Assembly (NCBI GenBank): GCA_965369865.1 | Contig: CBDURU010000076.1 | Span: 1-17,987, forward strand | Source: an uncultured bacterium | GTDB taxonomy: Bacteria; JAJVIF01; JAPKYR01 | Length of the DNA: 17,987 bases | Reading direction: 5' to 3' | Shown: piece after piece, positions 9,465-17,388 of the stretch | Position numbering within the stretch: position 1 is the stretch's first letter | Layout of the letters: each line of letters begins with the position of its first letter | The notes under the pieces: generated by a model | What the model was told of the DNA's origin: nothing | The model's database searches: none | What the model saw: only the letters and a program-made list of their open reading frames with translations | Translations under genes and position numbers: made by a program

Positions 9465-9468
9465 TGAC

Positions 9469-9492
9469 CGTTATGTATAACCCTGCATAACG
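9469..9492. promoter_or_regulatory. ModE-like operator, box 1
   Basis: CGTTATGTA-TAACCC-TGCATAACG, a 9-6-9 dyad with 1 mismatch. Spacing and CG.TAT/ATA.CG core match the ModE consensus ATCGNTATATA-N6-TATATANCGAT. It overlaps the predicted +1. Confidence 0.75.
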
Positions 9493-9518
9493 CATGGGGG
9501 TCTCCAGGAGTTGATAAA

Positions 9519-10958
9519 ATGTTTAACCGTGTTTTAATCCTGATCCTTCTTAACCTGGTTTTTATCCATAATAGTGCATTCTCAGCGCATGCGTCATTCG
9601 AGGACGTACCAATCGACCACTGGGCATACGATGCTGTCATATTTCTCGAAGAAAACGGGCTCATAACCGGTTATCCTGACGGTACGTTCAAGGGTGATAT
9701 TGGGCTAAGCCGGCACGAATTCGCACTGGTTATATTCCGGCTTCACAACCAGTTACTGGGTATGGTCAACGACGGAATGCAATCCGAGCCATCAATAGAT
9801 GTACAGCTTGTCCTTGACGGCTTGATGAGTGAATTCAAACCTGAAATCGAAGAATTAATGAGCCTGGTGATCGAAAATACCGAACGTATCGAAAACCTCG
9901 AAGGTGAATTTACAGACTTCGATTCTCGACTCACCGATTTGGCGGATTTAATCAATTCCATGGAAGATCCCATCAGGCTGTACGGCGACATGAGAGTAAG
10001 GTTCGATGGACGATATCCCGACACCGGTCTCCGGTCGCAACGTGCGATATATCGCTTCAGGGTTGGATTCACCACCGAAATAAACGAAGAGCTTGTACTC
10101 GGTGCTCGATTTGTAACCGGCCCGAGAGACAGTATCACAAGCGCTAATGAAATAATTGACGATGCCTTCGCAACAGATAATTTAGACGTGGACACGGCTT
10201 ACCTTCGATACCTGCCATCCTGGGCACGCGGATTCACCTTCTGGGCAGGAAAATTCAGGCCACCCTGGAAGCAGACTCCCATGGTGTGGGACAGTGACGT
10301 AACAGTCGAGGGTATCGCGCAACATTTTAATTACGAAAATTTCAATCTTTACCTCGGTGAACTCGTCCCGGCCGAAGAGGGATTCTACCTGGTCGCGCAA
10401 GTTGGCATGGACGACCTTCTTATTGATGGGTTAGACGCGTACGCGACCTATCATTACATTAACGAAGAAGCCTGGCAGCACATACGGGATCAGATGCAGT
10501 ATGGGATCCTGAAAAGCAGATGGGAATTCGATCACCTTGAAAGTCCCGATGAATATCGCGCAATCGAGGGCTATATCAGGTGGGCAGGCTCAGTTGATTC
10601 CCTGCCTGTTTCAGTAGAAGCGAATTTCCTCAGGAATCTTGAGGGGACAAATCCTATGGTTGAAGGCTCCGGTTGGCAGCAGGCGGCATGGCTGCGGCTA
10701 TCGTTGAATGGGTCTCCCTCCCGGGTTGGCGACTGGCGATTAAGAGGAGAGTGGGGACGTATCCAGGCTAACTCAGTGCTGAGCTGGCTGACTGACTCGA
10801 CAAGGGGGAGCGGTGATAATGAGTTCTGGGGAATTGAATGGGCTTACCGCCTGATGCGTAATACGGACCTTGTAATCATGTATCTGAATCTCGAACGAAT
10901 CTCTCGAGACTACGGCCAGACTGATATTGTGCTGCTCGATATCAACACAAAATTCTGA
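9519..10958 (+). CDS. SLH-domain outer-membrane porin (OmpM-like: SLH, coiled coil, beta-barrel)
   Basis: Signal peptide ending AHA. SLH 'FEDVPIDHWAYDAV..L...GLITGYPDGTFKG...LSRHEFA'. Acidic coiled coil, then amphipathic beta strands with 'GDMRVRFD', 'WAGKF' and 'VWDSDVTVEG' (putative porin, Porin_5-like). C-terminal Phe. Confidence 0.88.
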   Translation: MFNRVLILILLNLVFIHNSAFSAHASFEDVPIDHWAYDAVIFLEENGLITGYPDGTFKGDIGLSRHEFALVIFRLHNQLLGMVNDGMQSEPSIDVQLVLDGLMSEFKPEIEELMSLVIENTERIENLEGEFTDFDSRLTDLADLINSMEDPIRLYGDMRVRFDGRYPDTGLRSQRAIYRFRVGFTTEINEELVLGARFVTGPRDSITSANEIIDDAFATDNLDVDTAYLRYLPSWARGFTFWAGKFRPPWKQTPMVWDSDVTVEGIAQHFNYENFNLYLGELVPAEEGFYLVAQVGMDDLLIDGLDAYATYHYINEEAWQHIRDQMQYGILKSRWEFDHLESPDEYRAIEGYIRWAGSVDSLPVSVEANFLRNLEGTNPMVEGSGWQQAAWLRLSLNGSPSRVGDWRLRGEWGRIQANSVLSWLTDSTRGSGDNEFWGIEWAYRLMRNTDLVIMYLNLERISRDYGQTDIVLLDINTKF

Positions 10959-10992
10959 AAAAAATCACCGCTCCTGACTTGAGGAGCGGTGA
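10958..10992 (-). terminator. Rho-independent terminator between the convergent porin and diheme genes
   Basis: Perfect 11-bp stem TCACCGCTCCT/AGGAGCGGTGA with a 6-nt loop. The U7 tail is on the minus strand (A-run at 10958-10964). Confidence 0.85.
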
Positions 10993-11024
10993 CTTGATGC
11001 ACATGACTAAAGTCAAAGGTTTTC

Positions 11025-12239
11025 TCAGTTTGGAGTAACTCCCATACCGTAGATAATTATTACTTCATTCGTTATAAGCGACCAACCTCCATTCTTCCAG
11101 TCGAATTCTTCGTATCCCGAAGGCATCGGATTTATCCTGATCGCGACCACACCCTTGACGCATGATCCGGCGTTGTGATCCTTGTTTTCATCGTAATCCC
11201 AGCCATCATCGAACTCGGTTGGAGAATACTTCGAACCCCTGTCCGGTGAACCTGGTTCACTTTGAGGGACTACGTGCCTGTATGGCCCCTCACCGTCGAT
11301 CTTACCGTTTTCAGGATTCAGTAATGATTGTTCTATATGCAGCTCATCGCGCTCATATGCAAATATCATCCATTGCTCATGGGGAATCACTCCACCATCA
11401 ACAAGTCCAAGCGTTTCAAGAAGATCAATCGGGGGATAATTAACGAATCCCTGCTCAAGTGTGATAAAACTTTCCGGATCAAGGCCTTCATAAAACAAGC
11501 CATCGGGATACCGCATGTACACTTCTTCGATCGTAAAATCCCTGGCGAACCCATCAGGCGCTATAATTGTAATCCCGGCAGCATCGGTAAGGTCAACTCC
11601 AGCTGCATCGAGCAGGTCCCTTATCTTCACTCCCGTATACCAGGCGTAGTCATCGAATTCCTGCCTGTGCGCATTCATCAATGTCAACTGCGTATGCGAT
11701 GGAAGAGCTTCGATAGCTTCCCGTGTATATGTATAAATCGGAGCAGTCGGTTGACCCGGAACACTGGTTGCATCACCCGGATAAAACAGGTTGTTGATTT
11801 CGAACGCATTTGTGTAGCTGTCGTTATCCGAATCCATGTTCCCGATCTGGTTCACTGCCGACTGTGTTCGTCCGGCATTCAGGTAATCGAGGCCGTACTG
11901 ATTCAGTGTATCCCTGTAATTTGCAGGCCCTCCCGACACCACATCGTGATCCGGGTAAGCAATCAAATGACAGTAGGAACATGGATTCAACATCTCCAAA
12001 TCATCATTTCCGTAATCCAGCTCGCCTGCCCTGTGGCAGACCTGGCAGTCATCCAGACGCGTACCAAGTGCGACCGGATTAGCGAATATGAAAATATTCA
12101 TGTCCACGTCATTTTCATGGCCCTTGTATGCGGTACTCGATGGAACCGGTACATCGTCACCGGATGCAAAACCCGTACACCCGATCGCCGTAATTCCCAA
12201 AAGTAAAAGTAAAACTACGGCTCCAGTATATTTCCTCAT
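11025..12239 (-). CDS. GEGP-motif diheme c lipoprotein with a sulfite-oxidase-like molybdopterin-binding domain
   Basis: GGAGGAG RBS before ATG 12239 and lipobox AIGC. Heme c motifs CQVCH and CSYCH. Ca-binding-like DSDNDSYTN..EI. C-terminal 'YTGVKIRDLLDAAGV...IIAPDGF...MIFAYERD...GEGPYRHVVP...VKGVVAI'. Confidence 0.85.
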   Translation of the reverse strand: MRKYTGAVVLLLLLGITAIGCTGFASGDDVPVPSSTAYKGHENDVDMNIFIFANPVALGTRLDDCQVCHRAGELDYGNDDLEMLNPCSYCHLIAYPDHDVVSGGPANYRDTLNQYGLDYLNAGRTQSAVNQIGNMDSDNDSYTNAFEINNLFYPGDATSVPGQPTAPIYTYTREAIEALPSHTQLTLMNAHRQEFDDYAWYTGVKIRDLLDAAGVDLTDAAGITIIAPDGFARDFTIEEVYMRYPDGLFYEGLDPESFITLEQGFVNYPPIDLLETLGLVDGGVIPHEQWMIFAYERDELHIEQSLLNPENGKIDGEGPYRHVVPQSEPGSPDRGSKYSPTEFDDGWDYDENKDHNAGSCVKGVVAIRINPMPSGYEEFDWKNGGWSLITNEVIIIYGMGVTPN

Positions 12240-12333
12240 TAGAATCTCCTCCATTCTGGATAAGTTTGAATTCTCAGGTTGTGTTGTTTGTCTTCGGGCG
12301 GAATCCATCTCTGATGGTTTCAAAACCCATAAC

Positions 12334-12357
12334 CGTTATGCACAAGTATGCATAACG
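12334..12357. promoter_or_regulatory. ModE-like operator, box 2
   Basis: Perfect 9-6-9 dyad CGTTATGCA-CAAGTA-TGCATAACG followed by AT. 17 of 18 arm positions are identical to box 1. It lies directly downstream of the minus-strand -10. Confidence 0.8.
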
Positions 12358-12366
12358 ATCGGAGGT

Positions 12367-12395
12367 AGTATACACATTACGACGTCGAATGTCAA
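12367..12395 (-). promoter_or_regulatory. Near-consensus sigma70 promoter of the diheme lipoprotein gene
   Basis: Minus strand TTGACA (12395-12390), 17 bp spacer, TATACT (12372-12367). Confidence 0.8.
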
Positions 12396-12465
12396 TGCAT
12401 CCTGGAATCCGACTATTCAACCCTTTACACCGATGTGGGGGGCATAATCTGTTGTATTAATGAAG

Positions 12466-12495
12466 TCTGGGGACACCAGATTTGGTGTCCCCAGA
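12466..12495. repeat. Perfect GGGGACACC palindrome
   Basis: TCTGGGGACACCA-GATT-TGGTGTCCCCAGA, a 13-bp stem 3 nt past the peptidase stop. A near-identical copy is at 14195-14220. Confidence 0.85.
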
Positions 12496-12498
12496 AGG

Positions 12499-13998
12499 TT
12501 ATTTACCTCTTAATTCCCGTTTGATTGGCTCAAGGCTGATTTTTTCTCCGATAATCATCTCGCACAGTTCTTCAGGCATGTACATACGTCCGGTTGTCCA
12601 GAACTCCTTGAGCCTTTCACCCGCTTTCGGATTCCGCCACCAGTCGACGCCATACTCATTTTTCAAATACTCCCTTAACTGGACCTCGAAAATCCATGCC
12701 CTCAAATATCCGGCGGAGTAAAGTTCATCATCGAGATCGAACAGCCAGTTTTCGGGCCTGTGTTTCGCTTTCAGGCCGGCATCGAGGTATTTTGTGTAGA
12801 GGTGTGATTTCCCGTCCATGTTATAGTCGCTGAGGAGTTCGATCTCGTAGAGGAATTTGCTCGCGTATCGCCTGAGAAAATAAAGTTTACGGATTCGTTC
12901 CGACTCGATAATCTCCGACGGGTCATCGATACCGATATACGATTTGAGCCAGTCGGGATCGGTGAGGAGGTACTGGAAATTGAACGCGTAAATTTCGCTC
13001 GTAGCACTGTCGCCGAGCATTATTAATTCGGATGGGAGGGTGGGGTCGGTATGCGCGAAATGGTAGGCGTGTCCGAGTTCGTGCAGGAATGTGGAGTAAT
13101 CGGTCATGCCACCCATCGGACGAAGGCAGACATAGACCTCCCTGCCGGGTTGTGCCGGTGCACAGAATGCCCTCGGACGTTTTTTCTCCCGATCCTCAAC
13201 ATCCAGCGTGATCGCTTCTACCCTGTCGATCGGCATTCCCATTTCGGACGCGAATTTTAACGCTTTTTCCACCATCCCGTCCTTTTGGAAAAGATGATCG
13301 AATTTCTCACCGCGCATAAGGTAGCCAAGATCGCACTTATGGGCTTCCCCGATGGGATACCCGAGACGTTCAATGGCGAATTTATTGAATTCCCCGACAT
13401 ATTCGTCTTCGGTTTCATTAAGAAATGTCCGTAGTTCACTCGCCAGCCACTCGTAATCAATTTCAAACGCTTTCCGGCATCCAGCTTTATAATTCTCAAA
13501 CCCGAAATCCTGGAAAACTTCGTTCGTAACCCGCCAGGCGTCGGTGCGAAATTCGTTTAACTCGATCTCAAGTTCAATCGTAAGGTCATCGATTGCCTTA
13601 CGTTTGTCCCTGTCAGGTTCGTTCATAAGGCGCGGGAAAATGCCCTGGTATGGGATCACTTCTCCATCCAGCGTGATTTTCATCTCGTTCTGCCTTTTCA
13701 TCATGGCTTCCGAGATTTCCTTCGTGAGGTTTCCGAGGTATCCGAAAAAAGCGATATGGAAGAAGTGCTTGTAGCTTTTCTTTTCTTCGGGAGTAATTGC
13801 CGCGTCCCAGCGTTCGAGGATATTTTTCGCGAGGTCCTTACTTGCGAGATGGCCGTAGCGTTCATAGATCGGGGTTATCTCGTACGTTTCTTTCTGTCCG
13901 GATGAGAAACGGTAATTTTCGAGGATGATTTCTCTCAGGAATTTCGCGATATCGGTACGGAGTGCGTCGAGGTCGGGTGAAACTGCCGGAGTTGTCAT
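12499..13998 (-). CDS. M3-like (oligoendopeptidase-type) zinc metallopeptidase
   Basis: 'LDVEDREKKRPRAFC', the zinc motif 'TFLHELGHAYH' and a downstream third ligand 'SEIYA'. AAAGGAG RBS. No signal peptide. Confidence 0.8.
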   Translation of the reverse strand: MTTPAVSPDLDALRTDIAKFLREIILENYRFSSGQKETYEITPIYERYGHLASKDLAKNILERWDAAITPEEKKSYKHFFHIAFFGYLGNLTKEISEAMMKRQNEMKITLDGEVIPYQGIFPRLMNEPDRDKRKAIDDLTIELEIELNEFRTDAWRVTNEVFQDFGFENYKAGCRKAFEIDYEWLASELRTFLNETEDEYVGEFNKFAIERLGYPIGEAHKCDLGYLMRGEKFDHLFQKDGMVEKALKFASEMGMPIDRVEAITLDVEDREKKRPRAFCAPAQPGREVYVCLRPMGGMTDYSTFLHELGHAYHFAHTDPTLPSELIMLGDSATSEIYAFNFQYLLTDPDWLKSYIGIDDPSEIIESERIRKLYFLRRYASKFLYEIELLSDYNMDGKSHLYTKYLDAGLKAKHRPENWLFDLDDELYSAGYLRAWIFEVQLREYLKNEYGVDWWRNPKAGERLKEFWTTGRMYMPEELCEMIIGEKISLEPIKRELRGK

Positions 13999-14045
13999 GA
14001 TGTGCTCCTTTGGGTAGGGAAGGTCGGGAAATAATAGCGTAAAGA

Positions 14046-14157
14046 TGAGAGGATTGCATGATGGTGCGGACTGGAAGTCCGCGATACTGCAGCCGGGACG
14101 GGCTGCGTTACGGGAAGGAAACGGGATATTTTAGCTGCTGATTGAGAGGATTGCATG
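14046..14157. repeat. 15-bp direct repeats enclosing a double-hairpin REP-like element
   Basis: TGAGAGGATTGCATG at 14046-14060 and 14143-14157. Between them lie hairpins GCGGACT-GGA-AGTCCGC (14066-14082) and GCAGCC-GGGACG-GGCTGC (14089-14106). Confidence 0.7.
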
Positions 14158-14194
14158 GTTGAGTTTGCTGGGGACCAGTAATACACCGATAAAA

Positions 14195-14329
14195 AGGTGA
14201 CACCAGATTTGGTGTCCCCTAAAACACAATTCTGGGAATATAGGGGACACCTCATTCGTACCCGAATGCAGGTGTCCCCTTACCGAGTTCCAAAAAAACC
14301 CACCGTAGGGGCGCCGCTTGCTGCGTCCC
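14195..14329. repeat. Cluster of two GGGGACACC-type palindromes and one GTAG REP
   Basis: AGGTGACACCA-GATT-TGGTGTCCCCT (14195-14220), AGGGGACACCTCATTCG-TACC-CGAATGCAGGTGTCCCCT (14242-14280) and GTAGGGGCGCCGCTTGCTGCGTCCC (14305-14329). Confidence 0.8.
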
Positions 14330-14581
14330 GATAAAAATTAAATTTCCGAAAATCAATTCATACGGTATAATTATTTTAACAATTCAGGAGAATTCACCGG
14401 GAAATGGAAGATCCCGATGTTTTAACATGGGATATTGTTCTTAGCCCATAGCCCGACAAAATGACATTTCGCTGGACGGTTAATCAGATTTAATTTATTA
14501 TTCTTTTTTCAATCCCTTTTATAACCAAGCATCATTTTCAACCGATATTATTATGTTACCCATACCACGGAGGGATTTAAC

Positions 14582-14989
14582 ATGAGAAAGTACCGGGCGA
14601 GCCGACTTAAACAACTGATCTTCCCACAGGAACTGATAATCGATAAATATCACGTTCTCTCGCGCAAACGGAGTTTTCCAGCGTTCTGGCAGGTGCGGGA
14701 GGAAAGTATCCCCTTAAGCAAACTCGCGAGTATCCAGATTTACCGGGGTATGTTTTTCTCGAAACTCATAATCGAAAACTCCGGCGGTCCATATCCGATC
14801 ATCCTGGACGGCCTCTGGAACCGGTGCGCGTCCGAAGCGCGCGACCTTCTCGAGATGATCGAGCGGGAGATTCAGTCGGATGAGGATATTTCCGGTCTGG
14901 TCGGGGATGATGACGAGGGTTTATCTGGTCAGTCTTTTGTTGAAAGTGACAGTCCCCCCCCTCCTGCGAATCCGACAGTATCAGAATAG
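14582..14989 (+). CDS. Small protein, bacterial PH-domain-like, with an acidic/proline tail
   Basis: GGAGG RBS. The pattern 'L.I....V..RK......REESIPLSKLASIQI..G.FFSKLIIE..GG...I..DGL....A' resembles bacterial PH folds. Confidence 0.65.
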   Translation: MRKYRASRLKQLIFPQELIIDKYHVLSRKRSFPAFWQVREESIPLSKLASIQIYRGMFFSKLIIENSGGPYPIILDGLWNRCASEARDLLEMIEREIQSDEDISGLVGDDDEGLSGQSFVESDSPPPPANPTVSE

Positions 14990-15141
14990 GTGGCTTTAGT
15001 TAGAGAAGAAGCACCAACAAGCTTGTTCGGCAGGATGCCAAACGTCGCATGTTGGCGGCACCATTAGTAATCCAGTTAGAAGTGTTTATTCGAATTTCGG
15101 GGACAAGGCTTTTATCTCCGCCCTCCCAGAATTAAAGTTTC

Positions 15142-16503
15142 TCAATTCAACTCGTACTCTCTTAGCTCACGTACATGATACATCCCATCGCGACCCCCGC
15201 CCACGTATTTGACAATCCCGATCCCCCTGCCGTACCAGATGAACCATTCGGTCCCACGGGGCAGGCCAACAGTGTATTTCAACTTGATTGTGTCCACGAG
15301 TCCCGCCGGCGTCTCGATAACTTCCTCCGCGATGATAGTCACGGTCTGGCCTTCGCTTGTCCTGGCCGCGCCGATATCGGGCGGCAAGGGGACCTGGATT
15401 ATTTTACTCGCCCAGGGAGTCCTTGTATTGATCACACTGAATATTCCATTTGGCTTTTCCATGAAATAAACGGTGATATCGCCGTTCCTGACCTCCCAGA
15501 CACCTTCCGCCTGGTTGGCGTAACCGCGGACGGTCATTACAAGCACGGTTTCATTCCGACGCGTGCCGGAACCCGATGGGTCGCGTGTGTCGTAGATAAC
15601 ATATTCCCACCTGTTACCGTGCGCGAGCGGGAGGTAGCTCGAGGTCGCTGGATTTGAATTAATAATTCCATGTTCATCATCTTCCGATTCTTCACCCTCG
15701 CGATTCGCACCGGTTCCGTTTTCATCGTCCGATGTACCCTCGAATTCCATGAGTTCACTGTTTGACACCGTGAATTCGTACCTTGATTCGATATTCTGAA
15801 CCGCGGCGTCCAGGATCGATCTGGATTCCAGGGGGAGTAAATACCAGCCTGCGACACAGAGAAGGATGAGCACCAGGAGGATAATGTCGATCGGTCCCCA
15901 TGATTTTTTCTTTTTTACAATTGGTTTCGGGCTTTGCGGCGGTCGGTAACCGGTTGACAGCCTTCTCGACAATGTCCCCGGCGCGGGGAGTGGTTTTCTG
16001 TCCTGCTTTTGAACACTGTCCTCATAGGGATCATCTTTCAGTCTGGAAATTGCTCTTATGGCCCTTTCGACACGAGGCGAATGGAGATCGAGTTTTACGA
16101 ATTCATTTAATTCCCTGATCGCGCTTTCTGAATCGCCAAGGTATGCAAGCACCCCGCCAAGGTTGAGGTGTGCTTCCGCGAAATCAGGCGCCAGTTCCGC
16201 AACACGAAAGTAAAGGTCCCGCGCTTTTTCATAATCTCCTTTCAAAAGGTATGCTCCGGCAAGCTGATTGATCCTGACCGGATCGTCGGGGAATTTTTTT
16301 ACTTCAGACAGGTGGTAATCGAGTAATCCGTCGAGGTCTTCCTCGTACAACCGGTCGAGTCCGGCGAAAAGGAGTGATTGGTCTCTACCGCATTTGGAAC
16401 ATTTAACCTCGTGGGGCAGAACCACGTTGCGGCAACGGCATCGTCCGGGACTGTAATCGATCCAGTTGGTTGGGCCGGATTGTTTTTCGTTCCAGGAGGT
16501 CAT
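15142..16503 (-). CDS. Bitopic membrane protein: Zn-ribbon, TPR, TM and exported beta domain
   Basis: CRC...CSKCG knuckle. TPR helices 'LAGAYLLKGDYEKARDLY...PDFAEAHLNLGGVLAYLGD.ESAI'. KKKK then one TM helix. C-terminal 'YLPLAHGNRWEY...ETPAG...WYGRGIGIVK' (DUF3108/TapB-like). Start placed at ATG 16503. Confidence 0.75.
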   Translation of the reverse strand: MTSWNEKQSGPTNWIDYSPGRCRCRNVVLPHEVKCSKCGRDQSLLFAGLDRLYEEDLDGLLDYHLSEVKKFPDDPVRINQLAGAYLLKGDYEKARDLYFRVAELAPDFAEAHLNLGGVLAYLGDSESAIRELNEFVKLDLHSPRVERAIRAISRLKDDPYEDSVQKQDRKPLPAPGTLSRRLSTGYRPPQSPKPIVKKKKSWGPIDIILLVLILLCVAGWYLLPLESRSILDAAVQNIESRYEFTVSNSELMEFEGTSDDENGTGANREGEESEDDEHGIINSNPATSSYLPLAHGNRWEYVIYDTRDPSGSGTRRNETVLVMTVRGYANQAEGVWEVRNGDITVYFMEKPNGIFSVINTRTPWASKIIQVPLPPDIGAARTSEGQTVTIIAEEVIETPAGLVDTIKLKYTVGLPRGTEWFIWYGRGIGIVKYVGGGRDGMYHVRELREYELN

Positions 16504-16722
16504 ATCGTTATCCTGTAAGGCGGGTCGCTTTTCTGACCCAGATAAGATGCCACAACGGGTGAAGAAGCTCAAATTTAAGTGGAGTATCCATGTTGTTTTA
16601 AATGAGGTATAATAATTTATAATCACTAGTAAGGCAGACGAATCCTGTCTGAACCCTTACAGCGCAGCACGCAGTCTTATTTCAAATAACAGTATTTTGA
16701 ACGTAATTGAAGGAGCCAATGC

Positions 16723-17334
16723 ATGACGAATCGGTTCAATGCCGGCATAATAACTTTGGGAATATTTCTTGTGTTTTCTATTTTTGCGGTAACCGGTTGC
16801 CCGGCACCCGGGGATTCCACAGTTGACAATGGGAATGTCCAGTCAGATGATGAAATCCAGGCCGGAACTGTCCCGGATGAATCGCAGTTGGAAAATGAAG
16901 AACCCGAAATTATTGAACCCGAGCCGCCAGCATGGCTGTTTGAAGGGTATGGAGATCAGTTTGAATTAACGCAGGAAGAAGTTGAAAATATTTCAGGCTT
17001 TGGAAAATTCATGTTCCCCGATGCCGTACTGAAGCCGGAAGGTTCAATTCACCAGGTATTTTCGGAGGGTTCGGAATTATATGTGCTCGAATTTGGTGTT
17101 CTAACGCCGATCGAGGTTGTTACCGACTGGTATCGTGACAACCTGGAGTCCGGTGTTGAGGAACGTGAGCGGGTCATGGGTACGGGAGTAATACTTAACA
17201 TTTTCCAGTATTCAAGTCCGGATGAGACATGGCACAAAACAATTACGGTTAAGGGCGGCCCGGCTGAATCACAATGTCTGATAACTGTTAATATTACACA
17301 TATAATTCCGTTACCCGAAGAAGAAACGGAGTAG
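16723..17334 (+). CDS. Acidic lipoprotein of unknown function
   Basis: AAGGAG RBS, hydrophobic signal with lipobox VTGC, and an acidic linker. Confidence 0.8.
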   Translation: MTNRFNAGIITLGIFLVFSIFAVTGCPAPGDSTVDNGNVQSDDEIQAGTVPDESQLENEEPEIIEPEPPAWLFEGYGDQFELTQEEVENISGFGKFMFPDAVLKPEGSIHQVFSEGSELYVLEFGVLTPIEVVTDWYRDNLESGVEERERVMGTGVILNIFQYSSPDETWHKTITVKGGPAESQCLITVNITHIIPLPEEETE

Positions 17335-17388
17335 AAATTCGGGACAGTTACTACGGCAGGGAGTTTAAGATTCGTAGGAGGAAAAGAA

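Noticed and set aside
11328..12206. 292-aa plus-strand ORF
   Set aside because: It is the antisense shadow of the well-supported diheme lipoprotein gene and has no recognisable motifs.
12240..12323. N-terminal extension of the diheme ORF from the TTG at 12323
   Set aside because: The strong GGAGGAG RBS and the lipoprotein signal point to ATG 12239.
12240..12333. Moco/Wco riboswitch in the ~120-nt leader of the diheme gene
   Set aside because: Only small hairpins are visible (CCATC-AGA-GATGG) and I could not find the conserved Moco RNA motif elements by eye. An Infernal search with the Rfam Moco model would settle it.
14404..14451. 15-codon ORF MEDPDVLTWDIVLSP after an AGGAG
   Set aside because: SD spacing is long (about 13 nt) and there is no other support. 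It cannot be distinguished from chance.
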